This document shows, in pieces, positions 1-10,586 of a stretch of 20,000 nucleotides of DNA. Position numbers and translations under genes: made by a program. This stretch comes from Balamuthia mandrillaris (taxonomy: Eukaryota), in contig JAVKOQ020000083.1 of assembly GCA_031835245.2 (NCBI GenBank), positions 170,402-190,401 of the forward strand. Reading direction: 5' to 3'. Each line of letters starts with the position of its first letter. The stretch's first letter is position 1. The notes below the pieces were generated by a model that worked only from the letters and a program-made list of their open reading frames with translations, did not search any database and was not told the origin of the DNA.

Positions 1-1357
1 GATGGATTCCGCTGTGATGCTGTTCCTTATCTATGTATGCATCTCTTTCGTCGTTTCTCTTTCTCCTTCTCTTTCTCTCTCTTTCTCTCTCTCTCTCTCT
101 CTCGCTGACTTTGTCTCATTCTTTTGCTGTTGACAGTCGAAGAAGAGGGCACAAATTGTGAGAACTTACCTCGCACACATGTCTTCCTCAAAGAGCTTCG
201 TAAGTTTGTGGACGACAACTATACAGGCAGAGTCCTGCTTGCTGAGGCCTGCCAAATGCCCGACCAAGTCCGCAAGTACTTTGGCGATGGGGATGGCGAC
301 GAGTTCCACATGGGCTTTCACTTCCCTGTCATGCCTCGCATCTTCATGTCCCTCCGCAAGGAGGACTGCACCTCCCTCAAAGAAATCCTGGAGGAGACGC
401 CCGAGATTCCGCCCAAGTGTCAATGGATGACATTTCTGCGTAACCACGATGAGTTGACGTTGGAGATGGTAACGCCGGAGGAGCGGCAGTACATGTGGGA
501 GGTCTATGCTCCGGAGAAGAGGATGAGATTGAACCTTGGCATTCGTAGGCGATTGGCTCCATTGGTTTGTTTTGTTTTGTTTTGTTTTGGTTTGTTTTGT
601 TTTGTTTTGTTTTAAAAACAAAAATCGCTAATGGGTTGCGTTGTTTTTTGCAGCTGAATAACGATCGGAGACAAATCGAGCTAGCTTTCTCTTTGTTGCT
701 AACGTTACCTGGCTCTCCTATTATTTATGTAATGCCTCTCGCTCTCTCTCTCTCTTTCTCTCCCCTTCATCTTTCTCACCCTCTCTCCCTTAAAAAAAGT
801 ATGGCGATGAAATCGGAATGGGAGACAACATTCAGCTCCCCGATCGAAACGGCGTGCGCACGCCCATGCAATGGAACACCAAGCCTCACGGGGGCTTCTC
901 CTCCCCCTCCACCACCAAGCTCTACGCCCCCGTCATCAACGACGCAGTCTACGGCTACCAACGGGTGAACGTGGACTCGCAGCAGCACGACCCAAGCAGC
1001 CTCTTCCACGCCATCCGCATGATGCTCCAAGTCCGAAGAAAGCACCCCTCGTTTGGTTCGGGCACGCTGACGTGGCTGACCAACGAGCTGACGTCAGTAG
1101 CTGCTTACGTCAGATCCACAGATGTCGACAAAATGTTGATCGTGTCCAACGTCAGCGGCAAGGAGATTTCGGCCACGGTGGAGGTGCCGGAGGAGTGCCT
1201 GACCAACCCGGCGGAGGAGCAGCTGGAGCTGCGCGAGGAGTTGACGGGGGTGAAGTACAAGGGCACCTCGTCGGGCACGTTGCAGGTGTCGCTTCAGCCG
1301 TACCAATTCCTTTGGTTGGATCTATCCACACCGCCCAATCAGTATCGCGAAGAATGA
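1..1357 (+). CDS. treS: Trehalose synthase / maltose alpha-D-glucosyltransferase (GH13 TreS), 3' part; exons <1-34, 137-564, 654-728, 800-1357
   Basis: The spliced translation gives canonical TreS motifs: [93 protein letters not shown]. Three GT-AG introns join these in frame. Confidence 0.95.
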
Positions 1358-1417
1358 AAGAATGCACCTGAGAAAAAGTTTTTTTTTTGGTTTAAAGAAA
1401 AGTTAAACTTTGTGTTT

Positions 1418-4400
1418 TTAGCCTTCTTGTTCTCGTTCTTCAGCTTCCTGTTTGTTTCAACAAGAGGAAAGGAAGGAAAGAAAGAAAGGAGAGATGTAAG
1501 CAAAATAGCAAAGAGAAGTGGCGACAGAGAAAAGGAATGGTTCACTCTTGTCTCAAAGGTAAGGATGTAGCGAGGAAGACTTTGTGCTGGCTCGAAAATG
1601 ATGAGCTCGTTTCCCTTTGGGGAGTAGTGACTATCATAGCCATCTTGTTTGCCTGTCCCATCCTTTGTATTTTATATTAATAATCATCCATGCCTAAAGT
1701 AAAACTAAAAAGTAAACATAATCTTCAATGCTTACCATACGTTCAGTGCATCGGTAGGATCGGCCACGAATAACTTTGGTGAGGAGGATCTGGTCTGATT
1801 CTCGCTCCTCCGAATACCATAACGCATAGTCCGAATATACAGAAAAGTAAATGCCTTTACCAAAATATCTTCGTGTTTAAACACCAAGATGGAGAGAGAG
1901 CGAGAGAGAGAGAGAGAGAGAGAGCGTTAGAAATAAAGAAAAGGGAAACGAGAACCGAGTAAAGAGAAAAGAAGAGACTAAGCGACAAATAGCACTAACC
2001 CATCATCAAGCACTGTGATATCAGGAACTTTCTTTTGGGTTTTCTTCTTCTTCGACTTTTTGTTAGTCTGGTCTTGACTGGGCAGCTTATCTGGCGGCAA
2101 GAAACCTGTTTTTGAGATACCAATCATGCTATTTCGTGTCGACCCATGCTACAAAGAGATGAGAGAAGAGTGTAATGTTAGATAGAAAGAAAAAGAGAAC
2201 AAGGCAAGAGAGGAAATGACTTACAAAACCCCAAACTTCGTTTATGTCTTTGCCTGCTGATAAAAAATCTGCCTTTTTCTCTTCATACTGTTGTTTCAAA
2301 TCTAGATTATTTAATTGTTAAAAAAAGAGAATTGAGTAAGGAGTAAATGAAAGAGAATGCAACAAAAAAGAAGTGGCTGCTACAAACCTCTGTTTACAAT
2401 AACCCAAACCTTTAAAGCAAAGAAAATTTTGTCAGCGAACAAAAGAAGAATAAAAGGAAGGAAGGAAGGAAGGAAGGAAGGAAGGAAGGAAGGAAGGAAG
2501 GAAGGAAGGAAGGAAGGAAGGAAGGAAGGAAGGAAGGAAGGAAGGAAGGAAGGAAGGAAGGAAGGAAGGAAGGAAGGAAGGAAGGAAGGAAGGAAGGAAG
2601 GAAGGAAGGAAGGAAGGAAGGAAGGAAGGAAGGAAGGAAGGAAGGAAGGAAGGAAGGAAGGAAGAGGAAGGAAGGAAGGAAGGAAGGAAGGAGGAAGGAA
2701 GGAAGGAAGGAAGGAAGGAAGGAAGGAAGGAAGGAAGGAAGGAAGGAAGGAAGGAAGGAAGGAAGGAAGGAAGGAAGGAAGGAAGGAAGGAAGGAAGGAG
2801 GAGTAGTACAAGAAGAAGAAGAAGAAGAAGAAGAAGAAGAAGAACAAGAACAAGAACAAGAACAAGAACAAGAACAAGAAGAAGAAGAACAAGAAGAAGA
2901 AGAAGAAGAACAAGAACAAGAACAAGAACAAGAAGAAGAACAAGAAGAAGAACAAGAACAAGAACAAGAACAAGAACAAGAACAAGAACAAGAACAAGAA
3001 GAAGAAGAAGAAGAAGAAGAAGAAGAAGAACAAGAGGGAGGAGGAGGAGAAGAAGAACATCAACAACAACAACAAGAAGAAGGAGAAGGGACAACAAGTT
3101 GAATGAACAAAAAGTTACCTCGGAAATCTGATAATTGGCTTGCGCTTTGGACATAGTCTGGTAGAAATGTGAAACGGCTTTGGAGAAGCAGTTCTCCTGT
3201 TGTTGAGTCATTTTAGAACCCTTTTTGAGCTTGATGATACCATAACCGTTTTCACTCTGCAGAATGTCATGCTCTTCATCCAACTCTACTGTATCATCTC
3301 TCTGTTTTGGTTTATATTCAGTTGTTACGTTGCAAAACAGAAGAGGAAAGACGCAAAAAGAAAGAAAAAGAAGGAGAAAAAGAGTAAAAGAAAGATAGGA
3401 AAAAAATAAATGAAAAAGAGTACCCGCTCTCCATCTTCGTATTGTTCTTCAGTCCACCCAAACTCGCTCAATACTTGAAGATGTTCCTGTTGCGAGATAC
3501 TGTAGGTCCGCCGGAAGCCACGCAATAGTTGTTTCTCGGCTGCCGTGATCTTGTTCTTCTGCACAGTTACTCGTACAATGCTGCGGCTGTTGATGGCGTT
3601 TTAAAAGAAAGAGGATGTAAGAAGCAAGGGAAGGATCAAAAACAAGAAGAGGAAGGAGAAGCAGAAGAAGAACAAGAACAAGAAAAAGAACTAAAGGAAG
3701 GAGGAAAGGAAAGGAGGAGAAGAAGAAGGAGGAGCATACAAGAAGAAGAAGAAGAAGAAGAAGAAGAAGAAGAAGAAGAAGAAGAAGAACAAGAAGAACA
3801 AGAAGAACAAGAAGAAGAAGCAGAAGAACAAGAAGAAGAACAATAACAACAAACAACAAACAACGTACTAATTATCAACCTCGGGTCGAGAAGCAGGAGC
3901 AGGGGGTGCAGCAGAAGCAGTAGCCGTGTTCGAATTCGACGAAGAAGGCATGGCCGAGGAAGGGGACGGAGAGGAGGAGGACGAGGTCACGTCCACCGAA
4001 GAAGAAGAAGTTTTGTTGTTGTCCTCATCCGACTCCACCTTGCGTTTTTTGGATTTGGAGGAGGTGGCCTTGGTCTGTTTTTTCTCCGGTACAAGGTGAG
4101 GATGCCGAAACTCTTTAAAGTGTTGTGGATTCTTTTTTTTTTGTTTTTACAAAAGCAAAATACGATCAAAAGATTAGATTCGCGATTCGATTCGATTCGA
4201 TGTAAAACAAACAAACAGCAAAAAAAAATTGATGGGACAAACGACGTACCTTTCGGTAACATTTGCTGCCATACCAACATACAGGTCGGTCATCGTCCTC
4301 TTCCTCCTCCTCCTCCTCTTCTTCCTCAGTTGGACTGTGTGCTTCTTCGTCGCTGTCCTGTTTCTTCTTCGTCTTTTGTTCCTCCTCCTCCTCTGCCTTT

Positions 4401-4591
4401 CTTTTCTTCGAGCTCTCTGTGGTGGTCGCCGCATCGTCGTAGTTGTTGTTGTTACCATTACCATTATTATTATTCGCAGCGGGGGGTTGGGCCTGCACGG
4501 GCGCAGCCGCACTAACGCTCGCAGAAGCTGCAGAGGCGGCAGCCTCGGAAGAAGGCGGCGTGGCGGCTTTGTGGGCACGGCGTGGCGGCAT
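1418..4591 (-). CDS. PBZ zinc finger + ENT/TerB-like helical domain + PARP-like ADP-ribosyltransferase catalytic domain (~492 aa); exons 4591-4250, 4131-3869, 3586-3424, 3301-3119, 2409-2388, 2301-2225, 2148-2000, 1868-1736, 1662-1546, 1447-1418
   Basis: PBZ: RPVCWYGSKCYRKNPQHFKEFRHP. ART motifs: EVWGFHGS, GYFGKGIYFSVYSDYALWYS, GYDSHYSPKGNELIIFEPAQSLPRYILTF. The exons sum to 1479 nt, in frame, with GT-AG junctions. The last 30-nt exon is less certain. Confidence 0.88.
2455..2799. repeat. (GAAG)n tetranucleotide microsatellite, intronic
   Basis: About 340 bp of near-perfect GAAG inside PARP-gene intron 2410-3118. Confidence 0.97.
2808..3080. repeat. (GAA)n/(GAACAA)n compound microsatellite, intronic
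   Basis: Directly visible, in the same intron as the GAAG tract. Confidence 0.95.
3640..3862. repeat. GAA-rich low-complexity tract, intronic
   Basis: (GAA)n run inside PARP-gene intron 3587-3868. Confidence 0.9.
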
Positions 4592-5194
4592 CTCTCTGTG
4601 TCTAAGATCTTTTTAAACAAATAAATTTTTTTGCTGCGGACAAAATTTTTCCTGGAACGATTTCTCAAAGAATGTAAAGCACGCCAACAATGCAAGGTGG
4701 GCTCCTATGGGCCAGGTTCTTTGATGGGATGCTTCCGCCGCTTGAAGCAGCGACACACCCAATGCTGTCCCACTCAAAACACTGAAACACGCGTAAATGG
4801 CCCTTACAAACAAAACAACCAAAAGCAAAAAACGGACACAGACCTCAACTTTTCCCTGCTCTCCAACGTTGCCATAACCCCTGACCTGGGAGTCTATATC
4901 TGATTAGATCCGCTTGTTTGGACGAAGCGGGCGGGTGGGGAAATGAGGGGGCCTTCTTCATGAACGTCTGGCTTGGTTGGGTTTGGTCAGCAAAACTTCA
5001 TGCAAGGGGTCCATGCTTCTTCCCACAGAGACCATAGGGGGTCGGTCACCCGTTGGAGGTATGGGAAAGGAAGGGATATCTACGAGGTTGAGCCTTGGCA
5101 AGCCTTTAAACGATTAAAAGAAAACGGTTCGCCGAACTTAGCATATACCGGTGTGCCCAAGACCTGTGAGCGCTCCTTAACCTCAAACCTTGAG

Positions 5195-5810
5195 ATGAAC
5201 CGCAACAAAGTTTATCTGTTGTGGATTGTGTGCGCTGTTGTTTGTGCCGTCGTGCCAGGCGGCAGGGCTGCAAACCAATGCAGCAGCTCAGCGGTGGCAA
5301 GAACCACGGCCACCACCGTCGTTGAGGGTGGTTGCAAGGGAGCTTTCACTTTCGGATATGGTTTGTTGCTGCTTTTGTTGGAATTGTATTTCTAGAGTTC
5401 TTGGTTTGTTTTTAATGCTAACAGCTACATTAAAGCGGAGGATGTACAAAGCAGGCTTGAAGCAAGCGGCTTCGGATCCAGCGCCAGTGGATATGGTTTG
5501 TTATCTGTTCATGTTGTGTTTCCTGTCTTGTGTTATTTATTCATTCTTTGCACCTCGTTGGCCCTGTACTTAATTATCGTTTGTAGTTGGTGTTGGAACA
5601 ATTGTAGCGTCCGGAACAGGGTCTCACGCCTCTGGTTATGGTACGTTCTGGGGTGCAGCAGCTCGCCATCTTCGATTGTTTAAACGGATTGTTGTTTCGT
5701 ATCAAAGTGGACATTGACGGTGAGATTACGGCTTCATTTGATGGGAGCGTAGCCATGGGTTACGGTAAAACCTTCTCTTTTTGTTCTCTTTGCTCTCCTC
5801 CCAATCTCCC

Positions 5811-5845
<35 letters not shown>

Positions 5846-6901
5846 CTCTTTCCCTCTCGCAAGCTGCACCTTGCTTTTATCATTTTGGATTACTGTTTGT
5901 TCTCCATCTCTCGTTTGCAAACAACAATCGGAAAGGGGTGGCTGATGCAGCAGCCAATTTATCTGTTTGTTTTCTTTCTTGCAGGTGATGAAGATGGCGA
6001 AATCATATCCACGGGACAAGGCAGTTTTGCATTGGGCTTTGGTACGTATGGTGTCCATTGGTGGAACCCCAACGCATTATTGTTGATTGTTCTTCCTTTC
6101 CTGAAGCTGATGACGACAGCGAAATCGAATCCACGGGACAAGGCAGTTTTGCATTGGGGTATGGTACGTATGGTGTCCATTGGTTTCACCCCAAAGACAA
6201 GTTCTTATTTACTGTTATTTCTTCTCTGTCCCTGAAGTGGATGACGGCAGCGAGATAGCATCCACGGGAGAAGGCACTTTTGCGTTCGGCTCTGGTATGT
6301 ATGGTGTCCATTGGCTTCATCCCAAGGTAAAGTTTTGCATTATTGTTGATCCTTCTCTCTTTCCTGAAGCTGATGAAGACAGCGAGATAGCATCCACGGG
6401 AGAAGGCACTTTTGCGTTGGGCTTTTGTGCGTATTCCCTCTTCAAACCCAACGCAGCATCACAAGGCAAAAGAGCGAAAAAGAACATACTAACCGATTCA
6501 CGTTGTGTGCAGCACTCAATGGCAGCTCCATCACTTCTACTGGCCATGGATCGTTTGCCGTGGGTGATGGTATGCTACCTAGCCTGCCTCCCGTCTCCCT
6601 CCTCTTGTGGACCCTAACTCTCCTCCGCTTTCTCTCTATCTCTCTCCTTCTCTTCCTTTGCACATGCAGCTGACTTTAATAGTAACATCACTTCTACTGG
6701 CTGGGGTTCTTTTGCCATGGGTGACAGTACGGCAGTCCTTGATCTTTTTTTCTCCTTGGCGACAAGCGCATAACTTTGATGTTCTCCACAGCATTTGATG
6801 ATGGTACGCTTGCTGCAACCGACGATGGAGCCTTCGTCTTGGGATATGGTTAGTTTCTCTTCTAATCCTTTCTAGTTCTGCATGTATTGTGTTGTAGTCT
6901 A

Positions 6902-6970
<69 letters not shown>

Positions 6971-7447
6971 ACGTCATTGTTAAATAAATCACATTGAACA
7001 GCTGAAGAAAGTTCCTCGCTGAGGTCGAACGGCGAGGGGTCCATTGCTATGGGAAAAGGTTTTATCCTCACATGGTTCGACTGACATCCGTGAGTCTTTC
7101 TTTCTCACCACACACTCGCTTCATAGCCTCAGACAACGGACTCATTGAATCACAATCTGATGGGTCTGTAGCACATGGGTTTGGTACTGTGACATGACTG
7201 TCTCTTAGTTACCTATTGTTGTGATTGATGTCCTCTCCAACCACCGTCCCTTCTCTCTCTCTCTCTCTCTCCCTCTCCCTCTCTCCTCTCTCGTCTGCGA
7301 TCACAGCGGTAAATTCCAGTTCAATTGTTGCAGTCGAAGCAGGGTCATTTGCTGCTGGCATTGGTACATAGGCGTTGTTTCTTCTTTGCTCCTTTTCATT
7401 CAGTGCTCCTTCTTATTACTTCTCTTGCTCTCTCCCTCCCTCTCTCC

Positions 7448-7495
<48 letters not shown>

Positions 7496-8544
7496 GTGTT
7501 CGACTCAGCGGACGCAAATTCTGGTATTACTGCTGAATCCATCGGGTCTATTGCCATGGGTGCAGGTACCTCACTCTTACTCTTTCTTCTTTTTTCTATC
7601 TAGCACCAAAGGTTTTGTGCCAAACTAACTCCAATTACCCAACAGCACAGGAGAACGGAGTTATCGTTGCCAAGGCTCCAGGGGCATTTGCCACCGGGTT
7701 TGGTTTGTCAATTCTGTTTTCTGTTTGGTGATAGTCACAGCAATGGAGTTCTCCTTCACCTAATCCCCGTTCTTTTTGTCCTGTATGTTGTGGATTCTTC
7801 TGCTTGCTCATCATCATCATCTTCTTCTTCTGGCTTAATGTTCTCCTTCTTGTTCTTCTACGTTGATTATTTTGTGTTGTACTCGATTTCTTTATAGCTG
7901 TATGGAATGGAACAATCAGAGCAACCGATGTAGGTGCTCATGCCTCTGGAGTGGGTAAACCTTTTCATCCCTTTGTTTTGATACCTGAACAACTGGAGCT
8001 CCTTGCTGATGCTAGAACATGACACCACACAAACCAAAATGAATAAAAAGCCTTTGGTGGCAACAGCGTTGCCGCAACAGCGCCTGGATCCTTTGCCCAC
8101 GGAATCAACATCCGGACCTCTACCATCGGCGGCATGGTGGCAGGCAGGTGCAACAACCCTACTGACGAGGCGAGCCTTGGCACCGGAGAGGCAGTTTTCG
8201 CGGTAGGAGTTGGGGACCCCAACCCGTTAACAGGGTTATGTGACTCGTCCTTTACAGGGATGATGCTGGACTCGAATGGCGATCTCTTCCTGAAGGGCGA
8301 CATCTTCTTGCAAGGCACCGTTTCTGACAGCCAGACCCTCAACCTGAGAAGCAGTGATGGAAGCCAACAATCACCAGTGTCTTTGTCCCTATCTTTGATC
8401 TCCTCCAGAGAGAAAATGGCTGCTTTGGAAGCCGAACTGAAGGACGCTCGTCAACAACTGGCAACCACTCGTGCGGAAGTAGAAGAGCTGAAGCTGTTGG
8501 TTAAGTCTCTGTTGCAGAAAGAGGCGCCTCAGAGTCAGGAGTAG
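5195..8544 (+). CDS. Secreted repeat protein with YadA-head/tail-fibre-like beta-roll repeats and a C-terminal coiled coil (~523 aa); 18 exons: 5195-5360, 5436-5495, 5587-5640, 5708-5764, 5985-6041, 6107-6163, 6238-6294, 6370-6426, 6513-6569, 6670-6726, 6792-6848, 7002-7058, 7127-7183, 7307-7363, 7509-7565, 7646-7702, 7898-7954, 8051-8544
   Basis: The N-terminus is signal-peptide-like (MNRNKVYLLWIVCAVVCAVVPGGRA). All 17 introns are GT-AG and phase 1. Each internal exon encodes one repeat, e.g. DEDGEIISTGQGSFALGF, DFNSNITSTGWGSFAMGD, QENGVIVAKAPGAFATGF. The exons total 1572 nt in frame, ending at TAG 8542-8544. The fold assignment is inference from the [ST/A]xGxG[SA]xAxG pattern. Confidence 0.88.
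5985..6426 (+). repeat. Four tandemly duplicated exon(+intron) units, period ~122-132 bp
   Basis: The exons share atccacggga(c/g)aaggca(g/c)ttttgc. Introns 6042-6106, 6164-6237 and 6295-6369 all start gta(c/t)gtatggtgtccattgg and end cctgaag. Confidence 0.92.
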
Positions 8545-8677
8545 AAGTAAAGGACCGTTCTTCAAACCGGCATGAATCCTTTCCATCCTTGTTGCTTTTC
8601 TACATTAAAACTAAAGTACTAAAAGCAGCAAAAGGCCTGACCACAAAAAAATGGAGTCGGTGCATTCTTCCCACTTA

Positions 8678-9032
8678 TTAACATACTTCAAAGGCAGGCA
8701 TGCAAGCCAACTTCAAGCTGGACAACATGTCGGACCAAAGCACAGCAGCACTTGCATAACTTCCAACAAAAAACATGAAAGGAGAGGGTTCCGGTTTCCT
8801 CATCACCTCCGGATCCGACATTATCGCATGAGAGAGGGCGTACTCTTGAAAGCGGATTGCTTGATAGAGGTACTTGGGATCCTTGGTCATGCGGTACATG
8901 TAAAGAAACATATAGGTGTTGCCGCTTACTCCATGTCCCAACATTAGTCCTTTGGTTAGCAATCCTCTTTTCCAAACTGCCTCAGCTGCTCTCTTTGCTA
9001 ACAGAAAACATGAGAAGGGAAAAGAGACAGAA

Positions 9033-9098
<66 letters not shown>

Positions 9099-10586
9099 AC
9101 CAGCATTTAAATAACGGTGGTCGTTGTAAAGAATCCATGCTTTTGTAAAGAGAGGTATATAGCCAGGAGCGCCATGACACCACTGCAGAAGCACATCTGG
9201 TTCTTCTGGAAGAGGAGGAACAGTCGGAGTAGGAAAGTTGCCATTGGGCAACTGTAATGTTAGCAAAAAGTCGAGTGTGCTGCGAATGAGGTTTGATACA
9301 GTGGCATTGGCCATGAACTTAGAAAGATGCATCATTTGGAACAAGACACCAGATGTGCCATGGCCTTGGTCATATAGCACGACATCTTTTGGAAAAGAAC
9401 ACCATAATACATAAGGAAGCAGCATAGAAAGTAAGAACGAACAAGTGAACATATGAAAGAATGTAAGAATAAAAGAAAAGACCGAATGGATACGCGCTTA
9501 CCTGGATAAGCAACATTACGCCACTTCAACACGGTCCCGTTTCCTGTCCGAACTCCAGCACTCAACATAGAGTGTGCCAACTCGTTCAACCACTCTGCTG
9601 GGATGACATAAGGAGCTCCATCTCTTTTACCTCCAAAGTGATCATTCAAGAAGTAAGCAGCAAAGAGGAGCCCGGCTTTGCCTTCATCAAAGGGGTCAGG
9701 AAAGGCTCGTTTCCCTTTCAGCACTTCCTTAAAGGTGGCTAACACTCTGGAGATGTATGTTTGGCTCTTTGGAGCGTCTCCAAGTAGGTCGTATATCACA
9801 GCAGCCACGGAGTAAGGGCCTACAGCAGAGTACATGAAACCAACCATTTGATTTTTTTCAGCAGAGTTATCCTTCTCAACAGCCTTTTGTAGACTAGTCA
9901 GTAACAAAGAAATAAAGAGAAGAATAAAGAGAAAGTTGAACCTGAAGAGAAGAGTTGACGTAACGAGCAGCAATGGCAAGAAAAGACTTAGCTTGTTGTT
10001 CATCCCGTTCAACACTATTTTTGTACAAGTGAAGAAATAAAAGAGCTCTGCCTATACTTCAACCGTTGTGTCAGTGGTAACAAGAATTCATCTGAAGAAT
10101 AAGCCGAAGAAGAAGAAGAAAGACGAAGAAGAAAGAAAGAAAGAAAGAAAGAAACGACAAGAAAGAAACGACAAGAAAGAAACAACAAAAAACGACAAGA
10201 GAAATGGACTTACCGGCGCTTCCAGACATTACATCCCACCCATCCGCAAAGTCACTCTCAGGAGGAGCGCCTTGCAGGATGAGCTCCAGGTATTGGCTGC
10301 CTCGAACGCTCATGTTGCGACGCAACTCCTCAGAGATGAACACGGGGTCACCCGGACGATAGTCCGGCATGTCGTTGACGTAGAACCGAGGACAAGGAGG
10401 GCCGACATGTTGCGGGCACGAAGTGTTGTCGCTCCTACCTTTATGGCTATAACGGTCGCGCTCGCTCTCTCCAAGTTGGGAGAAATGCTCCAAAGCTCTG
10501 CTGTGTTGCAGCACAAACGCCAAGAGAAGCTGAAAAGCAAAGACAACGAGCAGACCCCAGTAAAAGCACCCAGGAGTGGGTTTCAT
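8678..10586 (-). CDS. LanC-like (LANCL family) protein with N-terminal signal peptide/anchor (~489 aa); exons 10586-10214, 10051-9942, 9883-9502, 9385-9101, 8997-8678
   Basis: LanCL motifs: RFYVNDMPDY, SGSAGRALLFLHLY, GPYSVAAVIY, DEGKAGLLFA, GHGTSGV, PNGNFP, LLQWCHGAPG, VWKRGLLTKGLMLGHGVSGNTYMFL, MPAFE. The exon 2/3 junction is the least certain. Confidence 0.9.

Noticed and set aside
2357..3283. Long ORFs (149-283 aa) of RKEG, LPSF and poly-L/F repeats
   Set aside because: Stop-free translations of intronic microsatellites. Only 3301-3119 and 2409-2388 are real exons.
4620..5190. Possible ncRNA or small gene in the PARP/fibre divergent gap
   Set aside because: I recognised no tRNA, snRNA or snoRNA motif and no convincing ORF. 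An Rfam/Infernal scan would be needed.
5985..6430. Regularly spaced repeats resembling a CRISPR array
   Set aside because: The units are protein-coding exons with GT-AG introns, the spacers are homologous to each other, the context is eukaryotic, and there are no cas genes.
7965..8342. 125-aa minus-strand ORF
   Set aside because: It is the antisense shadow of the last exon of the fibre gene.
5195..10586. Lanthipeptide-type cluster (LanC plus Ser/Thr-rich substrate)
   Set aside because: There is no LanB/LanM dehydratase or precursor peptide. The fibre repeats lack Cys, and the LanCL lacks a Zn ligand.
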